Shown here in pieces: positions 23,920 to 33,827 of a stretch of 64,000 bases of DNA; positions within the stretch are counted from its first letter, which is position 1, and each line of letters opens with the position of its first letter. The notes beneath the pieces were generated by a model. That model saw only the letters and a list, made by a program, of their open reading frames with translations, was not told where the DNA came from and made no database searches. This DNA is from an uncultured Candidatus Entotheonella sp. (lineage in GTDB: Bacteria > Tectomicrobia > Entotheonellia > Entotheonellales > Entotheonellaceae). The stretch is from positions 3,072,001 through 3,136,000 of the forward strand of contig OZ244252.1 in assembly GCA_965217185.1 (NCBI GenBank). The letters are read 5' to 3'. A program made the position numbers and the translations under genes.

Positions 23920-24537
23920 TCATTGAGTTCGGGGCATGAGATGGCGAGAGCGCATGAAATGATAGAGCGTCGAGCGGTCTACTCCAGTGATCTTGGCAAT
24001 CGACGCCTTTGAGACCTTGAGGTCCAGGAGCCTTTGAATTTCGTCTTCCTTGCCATTGAGCCTTGACTGTCCCAGTCGTCCCTTTGGACGCCCCAAGCGT
24101 TTGCCCGAAGCCCGTGCCGCCGCCAGTCCTTCCTTCGTTCGCATGGAAATGAGTTCGCGCTCGATTTCCGCAAACAAGCCGAACAACGTCACCATGACCT
24201 TGCTGTGCAAATCCTGCTTGCCCGCCAGACGAATGCCTTCCTTGATCGACAAAAACCGGACCTGTTGCTTCAGCAAGGCATCCACCGTGGTAATCACCTC
24301 GCCTACCGAGCGGCCCATGCGGCTCAACTCACTGACAACGAGGGTGTCGCCCGGCTCCAGCTGCGCCATCAGGAGGTCGATCTGTCGTTCTTTGGGCGAG
24401 CGCCTCGACGACACGCTGAGTTCCATGAAGGCGCTGACCTCGAACTTTTCCTGGCGGGCAAACTCCAGGATCGCCAGGCGTTGATTTCCGACATCCTGTG
24501 AGTCCTTCGAGACGCGTAAATAGGCGATCGTCTTCAT
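23920..24537 (-). CDS. Serine recombinase (resolvase) with C-terminal HTH
   Basis: YLRVS, ELSRMGRS, AEIERELISMRTKEG; divergent from the Tn3 tnpA remnant. Confidence 0.93.
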   Translation of the reverse strand: MKTIAYLRVSKDSQDVGNQRLAILEFARQEKFEVSAFMELSVSSRRSPKERQIDLLMAQLEPGDTLVVSELSRMGRSVGEVITTVDALLKQQVRFLSIKEGIRLAGKQDLHSKVMVTLFGLFAEIERELISMRTKEGLAAARASGKRLGRPKGRLGQSRLNGKEDEIQRLLDLKVSKASIAKITGVDRSTLYHFMRSRHLMPRTQ

Positions 24538-24671
24538 GGCGCGGCCATCCTGTGGAAGCTATCCTTTATTTGGGCCTGTTTCCTACGGTATGGATGGAGT
24601 AATCCTGAGCCTTTCCTTTCAGCATATCCGTTGGCAAGAAACGTTCGTTTCACTCCACGGCAGGGGACGGT

Positions 24672-25819
24672 ATGCCGGTCGAGTTCCTGAGTCAAGACCA
24701 GCACCGCCGCTATGGGCGCTATGCCGATCATCCGTCGCCCCGTCAACTCGCTCGCTATTTCCATCTGGACGACCGAGACCGTCAAGTGATCGCGCGACAC
24801 CGCGGCGACCACAACCGTCTGGGATTTGCCGTTCAACTCGGCACGGTCCGGTTTCTGGGCACCTTCCTTCCTGATCCCGCCGCGGTTCCTGCCCATGTGG
24901 TCAGCCATGCCGCTCATCAGCTGACATCCAGGACCCGACTTGCTTCGCTCGCTACGACAGGCCACAGACGCATTGGGGCCATGCCGCAGAGATCAAGCAG
25001 GCCTATGGCTACCGCGATTTCCACGATCCAAACGAGATGTTCCGCCTGCTGCGGTGGCTCTACACCCGGGCCTGGCTGAGTAGCGAGCGACCCAGCGTCC
25101 TCTTCGACCACGCCACCGCTCGTCTCGTCGAGCGTAAGGTGCTGCTTCCCGGCGTAACCGTGATGGAACGACTCGTGGCGCGTGTTCGAGAGCGAGCCGC
25201 CGCACGGCTTTGGCGTCTGCTCGCGCAGCTCCCTGGCGACATCCACAAGGCAAACCTGGAGGCGCTCTTGCAGGCGCCGCCCGAGGCCCGTTCAAGCCCC
25301 CTGGATCAGCTTCGACGGGCGCCTGTACGGGTGGTGAGTGGACCCGCTCTGGTTGAGGCGCTGCAACGCCTCGAGGCCATGAGAGCCCTTGGCGTCGGAG
25401 ACCTTCCTTTGGATCACATCCCGCCGAGCCGTCTGCGCGCCTTGGCCCGCCATGGCGCTGCTGCGCGAGCTCAGGCCATCGCCCGCATGGCCCCGGAACG
25501 TCGAGTTGCCACCCTGCTGGCCTTTGCGCGAGTCTTCGAGATCATCGCCATGGATGACGCCATCGACCTCCTCGACTTCTTGATCAGCCAGCTCATCCAC
25601 GAGGCCCGCAACGAGGGCGAAAGACAGCGGCTGCGGACCTTGCGCGACCTGGATGCTGCGGCGCTGCAACTCTGGAATGCGATTGGCGTTCTTCTGGACG
25701 AAACGGTTGATGCCGCTGCGGTTCGCACCCAGACCTATGCCCGCTTTCCCCGTCAGCGTCTGCTTGAGGCCGGTGCTCAGGTTGAAACGTTGGCCCGGCC
25801 CGCAGATGGCCGCTATTAG
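24672..25819 (+). pseudogene. tnpA: Tn3-family transposase N-terminal fragment (DUF4158), frameshifted near 24922 and truncated
   Basis: [23 protein letters not shown], then ..ERPSVLFD..KVLLPGVT in the next frame; stops after about 380 aa. Confidence 0.88.
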
Positions 25820-25880
25820 GCGTCATCGCAAGGTTTGTATCCAGAATTACTCTAAGGCCACATAAGCCGGTTGCGCGACT

Positions 25881-26425
25881 TCAGCGGGCCGCTTTGGCAA
25901 TCCTGTAGGCCGTTGCCCTGCCAATGCCCAGTTTTTTCGCAGCTTGTCCCGGTGTCAACCCAGCCTCGACAAGGCTTTGCGCGGCTGACACGGTCTCCCG
26001 GTCGAGTGGCGGGCGACCGGGCCTCCTGCCGCGTTTTCTGGCGGCCGCAATACCGTCGCGCGTGCGTTCGGAGATGAGCCGACGCTCGAAGTGGGCGATT
26101 GCTCCAAAGACATGGAACACCAGTTCGCCGCCGGCCGAAGTCGTATCGATGCGTTCCTCGAGGCTGACCAGGTGGATGTCGCGTGTCTTGAGGTTCTCGA
26201 CAGTTTCGAGCAGTTCCTTGAGAGAACGCCCGAGGCGGGTGACACAGAGGCTGTCGCCGGGGCGGGCATGGTCGATGAGCTCGCTCAGCCCCAGGCGCTC
26301 GAACTGTCGTCCGGAAATCACATCGACAAAGACGCGGATGGCGCCAACCTGCCGCAGCTGGTCTTCCTGGGCGGCCACATCCTGGTCAGCGGTCGATACG
26401 CGGGCATAGCCGAGAACATCGCCAC
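25881..26425 (-). pseudogene. Serine resolvase, probably inactive
   Basis: GYARVST is present but has no proper start codon, and VTRLGRS lacks the usual DRL of RLDRLGRS. Confidence 0.75.
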
Positions 26426-26734
26426 TGCGTGTCCTCTTGCCTGTCTCTTTAACATTCGCTTTTGGGATAGTCTTGAGATGCTCTGCGCTGATTCTGTTCA
26501 GGGCTTTCAGGTAGTCTCTTTATTCGTCTCCATCATGCGGTGAGAATCGGGGGGGGGCAACCCAGGTCGTCCAGACGTCGGGACCGCCTAGCGTAATTTC
26601 AGGTACAAACCTTGCGATGACCCCAAGGAGGTGGGATTAGAGGGACCCAAAGTCATCTGCTCGGAAATACTCTACCGAAAATCTTAAGGGCTTTCGACCA
26701 GATTACTCGCCAAGAAAGTTTCGGTGCATTCTTC

Positions 26735-28144
26735 TCATCGGCGCGTTCTGTTTTCATCTGTTTTCATCAGATACGACGGAACTTCGGCGTCGCCTTGTGC
26801 ACGGCGCTGCCGAAATGAACAGTTGAGGTGACATTCGCCGTTGATGATGCGTGTTTCGCCCGTCATGAACTGGTAATCCTGTTGTCGGACCACTGGCCAC
26901 CAGTCGCGGGTGAGCAGGTAACGGAGCATCAAATTGACCTCCATTCCCGCGACGCTCAAACTGAACGGGAAAACATTCTGATTTCCACCCCGTTCTTCCG
27001 CAGGCAGGTTGCTGATATAGGACGGGTCGTCCAGGGAGCCGTCCAACTCTGTCACCACCATACTTGAGTTATATTGCCCATTGCAGCGCAGGCATTGGTG
27101 ATACGGTGTGACGATATGCGCTCGCCAATGTGCCGAAAATAAGCGGTTATGCCCCTCATCCATTTCCACTGCGACGCCGCCGTCAATAACCGGTATCAGA
27201 TGCGCCTGCGCAATATAATTCAATACATCACGAGGAACCGGGCGGTCAACACAACTGAAAAGAATGTCACAATCGAGTGCTGCGCGGTATGCGGACTCGT
27301 CGTGAACCGAAATTGGTAAGGCGTTTATCCAAATTTTTTCTGCGGTTGCGTTGCGTCGTATCGCTTGTGCCGCCAATTCGACCTTCAACTTGCCGATGTC
27401 TTCCGTCGTGCCATAGAGCAACCGGTCGAGATTATGTTCTTCAACTCTGTCCGGGTCGATCAGCACGACTTGCGCAACTCCGATTCGGGCAATGGCTTCG
27501 GCAACGATACAACCGACGCTGCCCAGTCCGACTATGCCAATCCTCAATCGTGCAATTGTTTCCTGTGCCTCTTGCCCCCATGTGTCGAAAGTGCGCCTGA
27601 GAATCTCTTTGCGTAGCGGTGGCGGTGTAATGTCGTCGTCAAAATAAACCCCATACGACTGTGGACCGATGACGCGGACTTTTTCACACCAATGGCGGCG
27701 CATCTGCTTTTCATCTTTTATCCAAAAGCGTGCGCTCCAATAGCCGTCGGTTCCGATTGTCAAACCGACCAGCGGCAGACCGGTTGCCCCAGCCGGATAC
27801 GCCAGAACATTCTGTTCCGCCTCAATATCTGCTCCGCTCATTCCTTGCCATCCGGGAGAAAGATGGCTGTGCATAAAAGCGACTCCTGCTTTGTTCCGGA
27901 TTGCGGTTTTCACTACCCGTGCGAGATAGTCTGGCTCAAAACTCGCGTTGCCGTGTAGCCCGCGCTCACCATTTTCTGGCAAGATAATCTCATCGATCAA
28001 CGCAGCACGCCGCGTCTCTCCCGTAGATGGGCGCCATAGTGCAAAGCAGAGATCTTCTTGTAATTCATGGCGCCGAAAGTGCCCTAACAAGTGCTCACTG
28101 GCCGTCGAATCTGCTTCCGCAGTGAATACGACCTCGAAGCTCAT
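26735..28144 (-). CDS. JAB/JAMM peptidase-ThiF (E1) fusion protein
   Basis: N-terminal E..HSH-x8-S-x2-D; C-terminal GLGSVG, DPDRVEEHNLDR, CVD, CLRC and CxxxC. Confidence 0.88.
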   Translation of the reverse strand: MSFEVVFTAEADSTASEHLLGHFRRHELQEDLCFALWRPSTGETRRAALIDEIILPENGERGLHGNASFEPDYLARVVKTAIRNKAGVAFMHSHLSPGWQGMSGADIEAEQNVLAYPAGATGLPLVGLTIGTDGYWSARFWIKDEKQMRRHWCEKVRVIGPQSYGVYFDDDITPPPLRKEILRRTFDTWGQEAQETIARLRIGIVGLGSVGCIVAEAIARIGVAQVVLIDPDRVEEHNLDRLLYGTTEDIGKLKVELAAQAIRRNATAEKIWINALPISVHDESAYRAALDCDILFSCVDRPVPRDVLNYIAQAHLIPVIDGGVAVEMDEGHNRLFSAHWRAHIVTPYHQCLRCNGQYNSSMVVTELDGSLDDPSYISNLPAEERGGNQNVFPFSLSVAGMEVNLMLRYLLTRDWWPVVRQQDYQFMTGETRIINGECHLNCSFRQRRAQGDAEVPSYLMKTDENRTRR

Positions 28145-28515
28145 ATGTCATTCCAAAATCTACGTATATGCTCTGTCAGGTAAGCACTCATATGTTTTGT
28201 TGGCAGTTGATCCCACAATGAACCTGGCGGACGGCTCATCGCAATCCATATTTCTCCGCAGTTACCTGAGTAACTCTGGACTACACCTTTTCCATCGTTG
28301 ATAGGCGGTTTTATGTGAATCCAGTGAGGAGGATGTTCTGGATATGATTCCTTCCCCTCCATACTGATGCCTAGTGAGAACTGCTTACCTTTCTGAGAGC
28401 CAACCTCGACAATGTAAGGAAAAGCCACAACTCTTCCAAACGGGCTACCCAACAATGTGGTTTGATAGCCCAGGGACTCCAGTTCTCCTTGTATGCGTGC
28501 GATATTATCTGACAT
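28141..28515 (-). CDS. Prokaryotic E2-like (UBC-fold) protein
   Basis: YPEHPPHW..WIAMSRP..W pattern; lies between the Ubl and JAB-E1 genes with overlapping or tight junctions. Confidence 0.65.
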   Translation of the reverse strand: MSDNIARIQGELESLGYQTTLLGSPFGRVVAFPYIVEVGSQKGKQFSLGISMEGKESYPEHPPHWIHIKPPINDGKGVVQSYSGNCGEIWIAMSRPPGSLWDQLPTKHMSAYLTEHIRRFWNDI

Positions 28516-28521
28516 ATGGAG

Positions 28522-28794
28522 TCATGCTACCGGCGTGGTCTCGGTTGGAATGGTGATAAGCGAATTGTCAACTTCCAGATCGGCCCAGTCCTCCAGTTTG
28601 TATTTTTCCTTATCGCCCTGCAAAAGATAGCTCTCCGGATTTCCTGGAAAAGCTTCTTTGTCTTTGGCAAGTTTGAGGATGTCAAGCGCAACGAGCTTCC
28701 CGTGCTGAGATTCAAGTTTGATACCATTCACCGTGAAACTGTAAGTTTTAGGATCCTTACCATCATCAGCCTGCATTTGACAGGTTCCTTTCAA
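28522..28794 (-). CDS. Ubiquitin-like (multi-ubiquitin domain, beta-grasp) protein
   Basis: YSFTVNG..L...DILKLA..YLL...VDL-like pattern; first gene of the E2/E1 operon; ends TTPVA. Confidence 0.65.
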   Translation of the reverse strand: MKGTCQMQADDGKDPKTYSFTVNGIKLESQHGKLVALDILKLAKDKEAFPGNPESYLLQGDKEKYKLEDWADLEVDNSLITIPTETTPVA

Positions 28795-29525
28795 AAAAAT
28801 GGGTAACGATATTATACTGAAACGGATACCGATTATATCTTCATAGTATCTCCTTCTTCAGGATCGTATTTTCCTATTTTATAATAGATTGCAACTTACA
28901 ACAGTGACAGATGAAGTAGCCCCGGTTTGTTGGACGGTCTGCAGCTTATTTAAAGTGTATCCCTTCTCAGCCGACAAACACACTTTAACCATCTGTGCGA
29001 CTTTCCGGGACCCCACCTCAGCCGAAACGGCCAGGACAGGGGTTTCTGGACAAATATATCTCCCCAAGGTCAGGGCATCGTATCGGTTGAAGAACGTTTC
29101 AAAGAAAAACCGGTGACGGTCGCCGTTGTCATCGGTCAGCATGAGTCCATCTTCACCCAACGGACCGCCGCCTTGACTGCCGCAATAGCCAGCTACCGCC
29201 GTGAATAGACCCGCTTCCGACGTTCTCGTGAAACGCCGCTTAAAGGCCAGAGATTGAATAAAATGCCGACACGGGTTCAGTGGGTCAAAGGTATTGGAAC
29301 GCCTGGACACATGAGGGTGGTCGGTAATCATGCCTACAATCGGACGTTCCACACCGGCAGATTCAACGATCCCGTATAAAGTCGTAGAAAGGGCAAATCG
29401 TGTAATGGTAAGCGTTCAGAGCGTCAGAAGTAAGTCGGTTTATGGTAGCCAGGAAAGGAACTCGAAACCGACAACGCCCGCCTGGATGTCTGGGTCATGG
29501 AACGGTCGAACCTCTTGGCGAGGGG

Positions 29526-29687
29526 TTATTTGCGGCACATGCGGTGTTGGTTCGGCGGCGGGCAGGGTTTCTTGTCGGCGTTTCGCCAGGCTTCAAAGGT
29601 CATGATGGGCATGGTGACCAGCATGCAGCCGGTTGTGAACATGCCGGCAACGAGCGCGACAAGCAGTATCTTGAAGACGGGTTTCAT
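29526..29687 (-). CDS. 53-aa predicted lipoprotein (below the ORF track size cut-off)
   Basis: MKPVFKILLVALVAGMFTTGC lipobox; motif copy at 29711 lies just upstream. Confidence 0.5.
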   Translation of the reverse strand: MKPVFKILLVALVAGMFTTGCMLVTMPIMTFEAWRNADKKPCPPPNQHRMCRK

Positions 29688-29832
29688 GGCAGGATGGATT
29701 TCTTCTTATAGGGGAGCGCCAAAAACTGTGGGGCATTCAGGCCGCACAGGTGAATGCCCTCCCACTTACGGCGACGCGGCAACCTGTTTCCGCGTCCGGA
29801 TTGTCGCTGCCGGACCCTGCCGCGTGGTCCCT

Positions 29833-30215
29833 TCAACCCTCGCGCATCGACCGGGAAAAATAGTCCGTGATCGGCTTGGCCAGGTAATTGAGGGGCGAGC
29901 GATCGCCGGTGCGGATGTGTACCTCCACCGGCATGCCCGGCGACAGCGCCAGCTCTCTCGCATGGGCAACACCCGCCGCCGCACTCAGTGGCTCCGTCGT
30001 CCAGGGAAAGAGACCGCGCAGCCAGTCCGCCGCGGTCTCCAGCCACGCCGCGGCGTCTCCCTCCGGCTCCAGGGCGCGGCCCATCTCGACCTCCACCTCC
30101 TACCATGACCGCCCGGTACGCTCGTCGTGCGCGGCGTCCGCCGACACCCGCACGATGCGCCCCTTGAAGCGCGGCGTGGTGCGCGACGGGAAGGCCGAAA
30201 ACCGCAGCACCGCCG
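29833..30215 (-). pseudogene. C-terminal remnant of a HlyD-family type I secretion adaptor
   Basis: FSAFPSRTTP..G.I..VSADA, internal TAG near 30100, then LSPGMPVEVHIRTGDRSPLNYLAKPI. Confidence 0.8.
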
Positions 30216-30571
30216 CGTGCCACGCCACCGGACAGGGCTTCCCGTGTTGCGTCCATTCCCCTCTTCCATGCGTGCTGCCGCCACTACCCCGGCGGAACCT
30301 GTCGGTGCGTATGTCGCTCGCTTCCCGACAAGTATCAGCCTTCCCCGATTTCACGGCGGGTCGGCTTCCGCATTGCGCGTTTCGGGGCCTGCTCGGCGTT
30401 CACTGGTGTTGCGGCCCGCATGGTCGCTAAGCCGCCCTTGGCGGCCCGTTGCATCGGAGTGCTTCAGACGATGTCGTTACCTCCATCATCCGCTCCGACT
30501 GCTACCGGCTGGAGCGACAGTTGCCGGACGGGATTCGCACCCGCTGAAGAATGGCGCCTTGCACGGCGCAC
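30215..30571 (-). mobile_element. Truncated group II intron (5' end/domain I only)
   Basis: Begins GTGCGCCG at 30571; closely similar to 37411-37767. Confidence 0.85.
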
Positions 30572-31103
30572 GCGAAATGACACGCTAAGCGCCGACGGCC
30601 CTTTTTCCGCTCCCTCAAAACCTTGCCTTCGAGTCCACGAATAACACTTCTTTGTCATGACTTGCTGCGTTTACACGCCCATATGCCGATTTCAGCGCAA
30701 AATGGTCCCCGACAACTCCGCAAATATCAATTTACGAGAAAAGGGCTGGAGAAGCATTTTTTCAGACTGAGCGACGATCCCATCACGGCCTGTAAAGCGT
30801 CTTGTGCATGGGCTCGTCCACAGGGAAAGATTGAGGATCGAAGCACGGAGAACAAGTATTACTGCGGCTGACACGGAAGCTGGGGCAGGCTCTGCTCATT
30901 GGCAAAAGAGAGGCTGGCTGATCCTTACCGTGTCATTTCGCACCCATCTGCAATCAACCCCAATTTGGCACTCTGTGACAGCTATGTTGTAACTGGGCCA
31001 TACTGCGGCAGTCACAGTGGAAAGCGCCGCTGACACTGGTAAAGGAACACGACTGCAGGAGGCAGGGATTGTGAAGGACGAAAGACCGAACAGAGATAGG
31101 GAG

Positions 31104-31718
31104 ATGAGGCCGGGAAGCTCTACAGGGTTTTTGGAAGAGGCACTGAACTTGCGCTGGCCCAGGAAAGGTGATCGGCTTCTCCAGAAATGCGGAGAATGGA
31201 AACATGGGGCAAGGTTTTCAAACGACGTCACTTTTCGGCATTCCCACATCTGGGACGGCAACATGAGAGCAGGAGCCATACTCATCGGCGCCTGCGAGGA
31301 AGATAGTTACGAAGGCCACACTCTGATTTACCCTATTCTGTTCAACTATCGCCACGCTATTGAACTGGCAATGAAATGGGTCATCAGGATGTATGGCCGT
31401 TATTCCACAGCACAGATTGACGACTTCGAGCACCATAATCTCTGGAAGCTATGGCACCTGTGTAAAAAGATCATTGTTGAGGTGGGATCTGAGGATAAGG
31501 CAATTCCTGCGGTCGAACAGGTTATCAAGGACTTTCACGATCTAGACAGTTCGGGACAGGCTTTCCACTATCCCAATTCTAAAGCCCGTACGCCCGTGGC
31601 ACTACCAGACTATCCGATTGATCTGCTACACATTCGGGATGTAATGCAGGGATTGGCCCATTTCTTCGATGGCGTGGACGCCCAGCTTGATGAGGCATCA
31701 CAGGCCTTTCGAAGCTAA
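31104..31718 (+). CDS. Hypothetical protein, probable HEPN-like fold
   Basis: PILFNYRHAIELAMK, HNLWKLW, D.SGQAFHYP pattern. Confidence 0.55.
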   Translation: MRPGSSTGFLEEALNLRWPRKGDRLLQKCGEWKHGARFSNDVTFRHSHIWDGNMRAGAILIGACEEDSYEGHTLIYPILFNYRHAIELAMKWVIRMYGRYSTAQIDDFEHHNLWKLWHLCKKIIVEVGSEDKAIPAVEQVIKDFHDLDSSGQAFHYPNSKARTPVALPDYPIDLLHIRDVMQGLAHFFDGVDAQLDEASQAFRS

Positions 31719-31810
31719 AAACGTTGCTTCGCAAGGCGGCAGATCGGACTGTTGGCGGTCTGGAGTCGGCCCTTGCTACGGCACTGGAGGCGTCTTCGCC
31801 AAATGCGCTC

Positions 31811-31965
31811 TAGTAGCTGTTCAACGTAATGCACAGGCATGATAAGTTGCCTCCCAGTAAGCTGCTGGCCATAAGCTGGGAGGGATGATTGTGAAGAAGC
31901 TCTATGTGGTCCGTTTGAGTGAAGAAGAACGGACCGAATTGACGAAACGGGTCAAGTTGCATCAT
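31811..31965 (+). pseudogene. Left-end remnant of an IS630-like element
   Basis: RBS gggagg followed by VKKLYVVRLSEEERTEL, the typical IS630 HTH start; truncated. Confidence 0.55.
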
Positions 31966-31996
31966 CTCTATCCCGTGATCAAAGATTGACGCACTA

Positions 31997-32317
31997 CTAG
32001 GTGTTCAGAGACCTCATAATTTGCGCTGCCACCAATGTCACCAACCCATACCAGATCACCTTGACAACGTACAACTGGACGACTTTGCTCCAATACCTCG
32101 GTGAACCTGGCGGCGTTCTCCGGAAGTCGTTGTCCTCGCGAATATATTCCGGCGTGGCTAGGAAGCGTTTTCGAAAGTAAATATGCAAGCGAACCATGTC
32201 GATGGCTTGGATAATTGAAGCGGTAAACATGCTCACAAGTACTCCTTGCCCGGACCAAGTCATGTAATTCGTCCCCAGCGCGCCAGCAAGTAAATGAAGA
32301 GCGTGATTCCATATCAT
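31997..32317 (-). CDS. Small membrane protein
   Basis: ATGA overlap with the Sel1 gene; hydrophobic segments. Confidence 0.5.
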   Translation of the reverse strand: MIWNHALHLLAGALGTNYMTWSGQGVLVSMFTASIIQAIDMVRLHIYFRKRFLATPEYIREDNDFRRTPPGSPRYWSKVVQLYVVKVIWYGLVTLVAAQIMRSLNT

Positions 32318-33099
32318 TTCAGTTCCCCCCAGGCTCCCCATATGAGAAAGGGCGACATCAGACAGTTGAAGGAGTCAATCGCGCTGGCTGTGCCATCAGG
32401 AGCAGTCGAAAAGTCATAGCACAGTCCGGTACCGTCTGGTTTGATGACGAAAGCGTAAGGATATACATCTTCGCTTTCGTCATCGCCAAAATCCCACCGA
32501 CGATTCAAACCAGTAATTCGGAAGGATGCCCACTGGGTAGTGCTGGCAACCAACACCCTTCCGAACTCGGAGCTGCCCATTCTCTTGCGAGCTAGGGTGA
32601 ACAGGGCCGTTTTCTTGTTGTAGTCGTTCATGGCAAAGCACCGCCATATTTCCCCTTTCAGAGCATTCTGTGCTTCCTCATGCCCCTGCTCGCTGGCCAA
32701 GCGATACCACTTTTTGGCCTCGGCATCGTCCTGCGGCACACCCTTACCCTCTGCATACATGCGACCCAGATGGAATTGCGCCCCGGGGTGTCCCTGCTCG
32801 GCGGCCTTGCGATACCATTTCACGGCTTCGGCGTCGTCCTTCGGCAAAAAATAAAGGCCACGCCAGTGAAAAAAACCCAGTTCCCATTGCGCTTGGACAT
32901 CGCCCTGCTCGGCACGGTGCCGCAATTTCGCAATGAACTGTTCGGCATTCTGTTCGGCATCGCGGCGTAACTGATCGAAGAAATCAATGTCGAGGAGTTC
33001 TGTTCCTTCAGTCATGTTCCCGTCTTGCGCCAAGGCGACTGCCGCTGACACTACGAGAACAAACCCATACAACAGCCCGTAAAAACCTCGATGCCGCAT
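32314..33099 (-). CDS. Secreted Sel1-repeat protein
   Basis: Signal peptide; AEQGDVQAQ..EAVKWYRKAAEQGHPGAQFHLG..GKGVPQDD. Confidence 0.88.
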   Translation of the reverse strand: MRHRGFYGLLYGFVLVVSAAVALAQDGNMTEGTELLDIDFFDQLRRDAEQNAEQFIAKLRHRAEQGDVQAQWELGFFHWRGLYFLPKDDAEAVKWYRKAAEQGHPGAQFHLGRMYAEGKGVPQDDAEAKKWYRLASEQGHEEAQNALKGEIWRCFAMNDYNKKTALFTLARKRMGSSEFGRVLVASTTQWASFRITGLNRRWDFGDDESEDVYPYAFVIKPDGTGLCYDFSTAPDGTASAIDSFNCLMSPFLIWGAWGELK

Positions 33100-33116
33100 C
33101 AAGAGCCGCCTCCTCA

Positions 33117-33144
33117 ACTTCGGATAAGGGCGGTTATGTCAAAC
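33117..33144 (+). other. dif-like site B
   Basis: ACTTCGGATAA-GGGCGG-TTATGTCAAAC. Confidence 0.72.
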
Positions 33145-33535
33145 TCGGGCCTCAATGTGAAATGAGATTGCGGCTTTGTAAAGCTTGGCGTCGCAGGCAA
33201 CCGGCTTACGGCTAGCACGGCTTGATGTTGTGCTCGGCGGGCTTGACAGATCAGATATAAGGGGGTATGGTATGTGGGGAGATTGTCGTCCTGTCCCCTC
33301 CTTAGAATTATAAGGAGGTCGAATGCTCTTTGTTATAGCGGTGATTTTAACAATACTCGAAGTTTCCGACTCTGTTATTAACAATTTGAATACTGTACTT
33401 GTCATTTTGAAGATTGTTCAAGTGAAGCCTTTCCTGCCAATGTTATTCGGTCTGCTGCTCCAGCAAGTATCCCCTGATTTGGCTATTTCGCAACCCTTCC
33501 TACGATAGGTCCTCGCTTGTCCACATCTGTTCTCA

Positions 33536-33563
33536 ACTTCCGATAAACGATTATATGTAAACT
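33536..33563 (+). other. dif-like site C
   Basis: ACTTCCGATAA-ACGATT-ATATGTAAACT. Confidence 0.65.
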
Positions 33564-33827
33564 TTGGAAGCCCCTGAAAGCCACGTCGTTATTGGTGATG
33601 CGCCGTTTCGACGCGCAGGCCTACAGAACACCCCACCGGATGCCGGGAAAGCGCCAAAAGCGCCTGGAATCGGTGGGGAGCCAGCCGCATAATCAGCCTG
33701 GTTTCGGCCCTCAGGTGGGGAAATTTCAAACGGCCGACGTCGCCGGTCGCTCCGGGTCATTGGCCTGGAGCCGCTGCCCGGGCAGCTCCAATTCGGGGAA
33801 ATGTGGCCGACCAACCCAGCGGAGCTT

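Larger units (their letters stand above)
20447..29732. promoter_or_regulatory. Six dispersed copies of a ~22-27-bp motif CCCACASTTTTTGGYGCTYCC (20447+, 20971-, 21096+, 22029-, 22176+, 29711-)
   Basis: Direct comparison of the six copies; all lie outside recognisable genes. Confidence 0.6.

Noticed and set aside
25855..25882. Inverted TTATGTGGCCT half-site between the tnpA remnant and the resolvase
   Set aside because: No credible XerC arm at 6-7 bp spacing.
28294..28321. dif-like match ATCGTTGATAG-GCGGTT-TTATGTGAATC
   Set aside because: Lies inside the E2 coding sequence with weak arms; probably chance.
31819..31847. Possible inverted dif-like site (ACTTATCATGC-N7-TTACGTTGAAC)
   Set aside because: The XerC arm is poor, and the sequence is better explained as the left end of the IS630 remnant.
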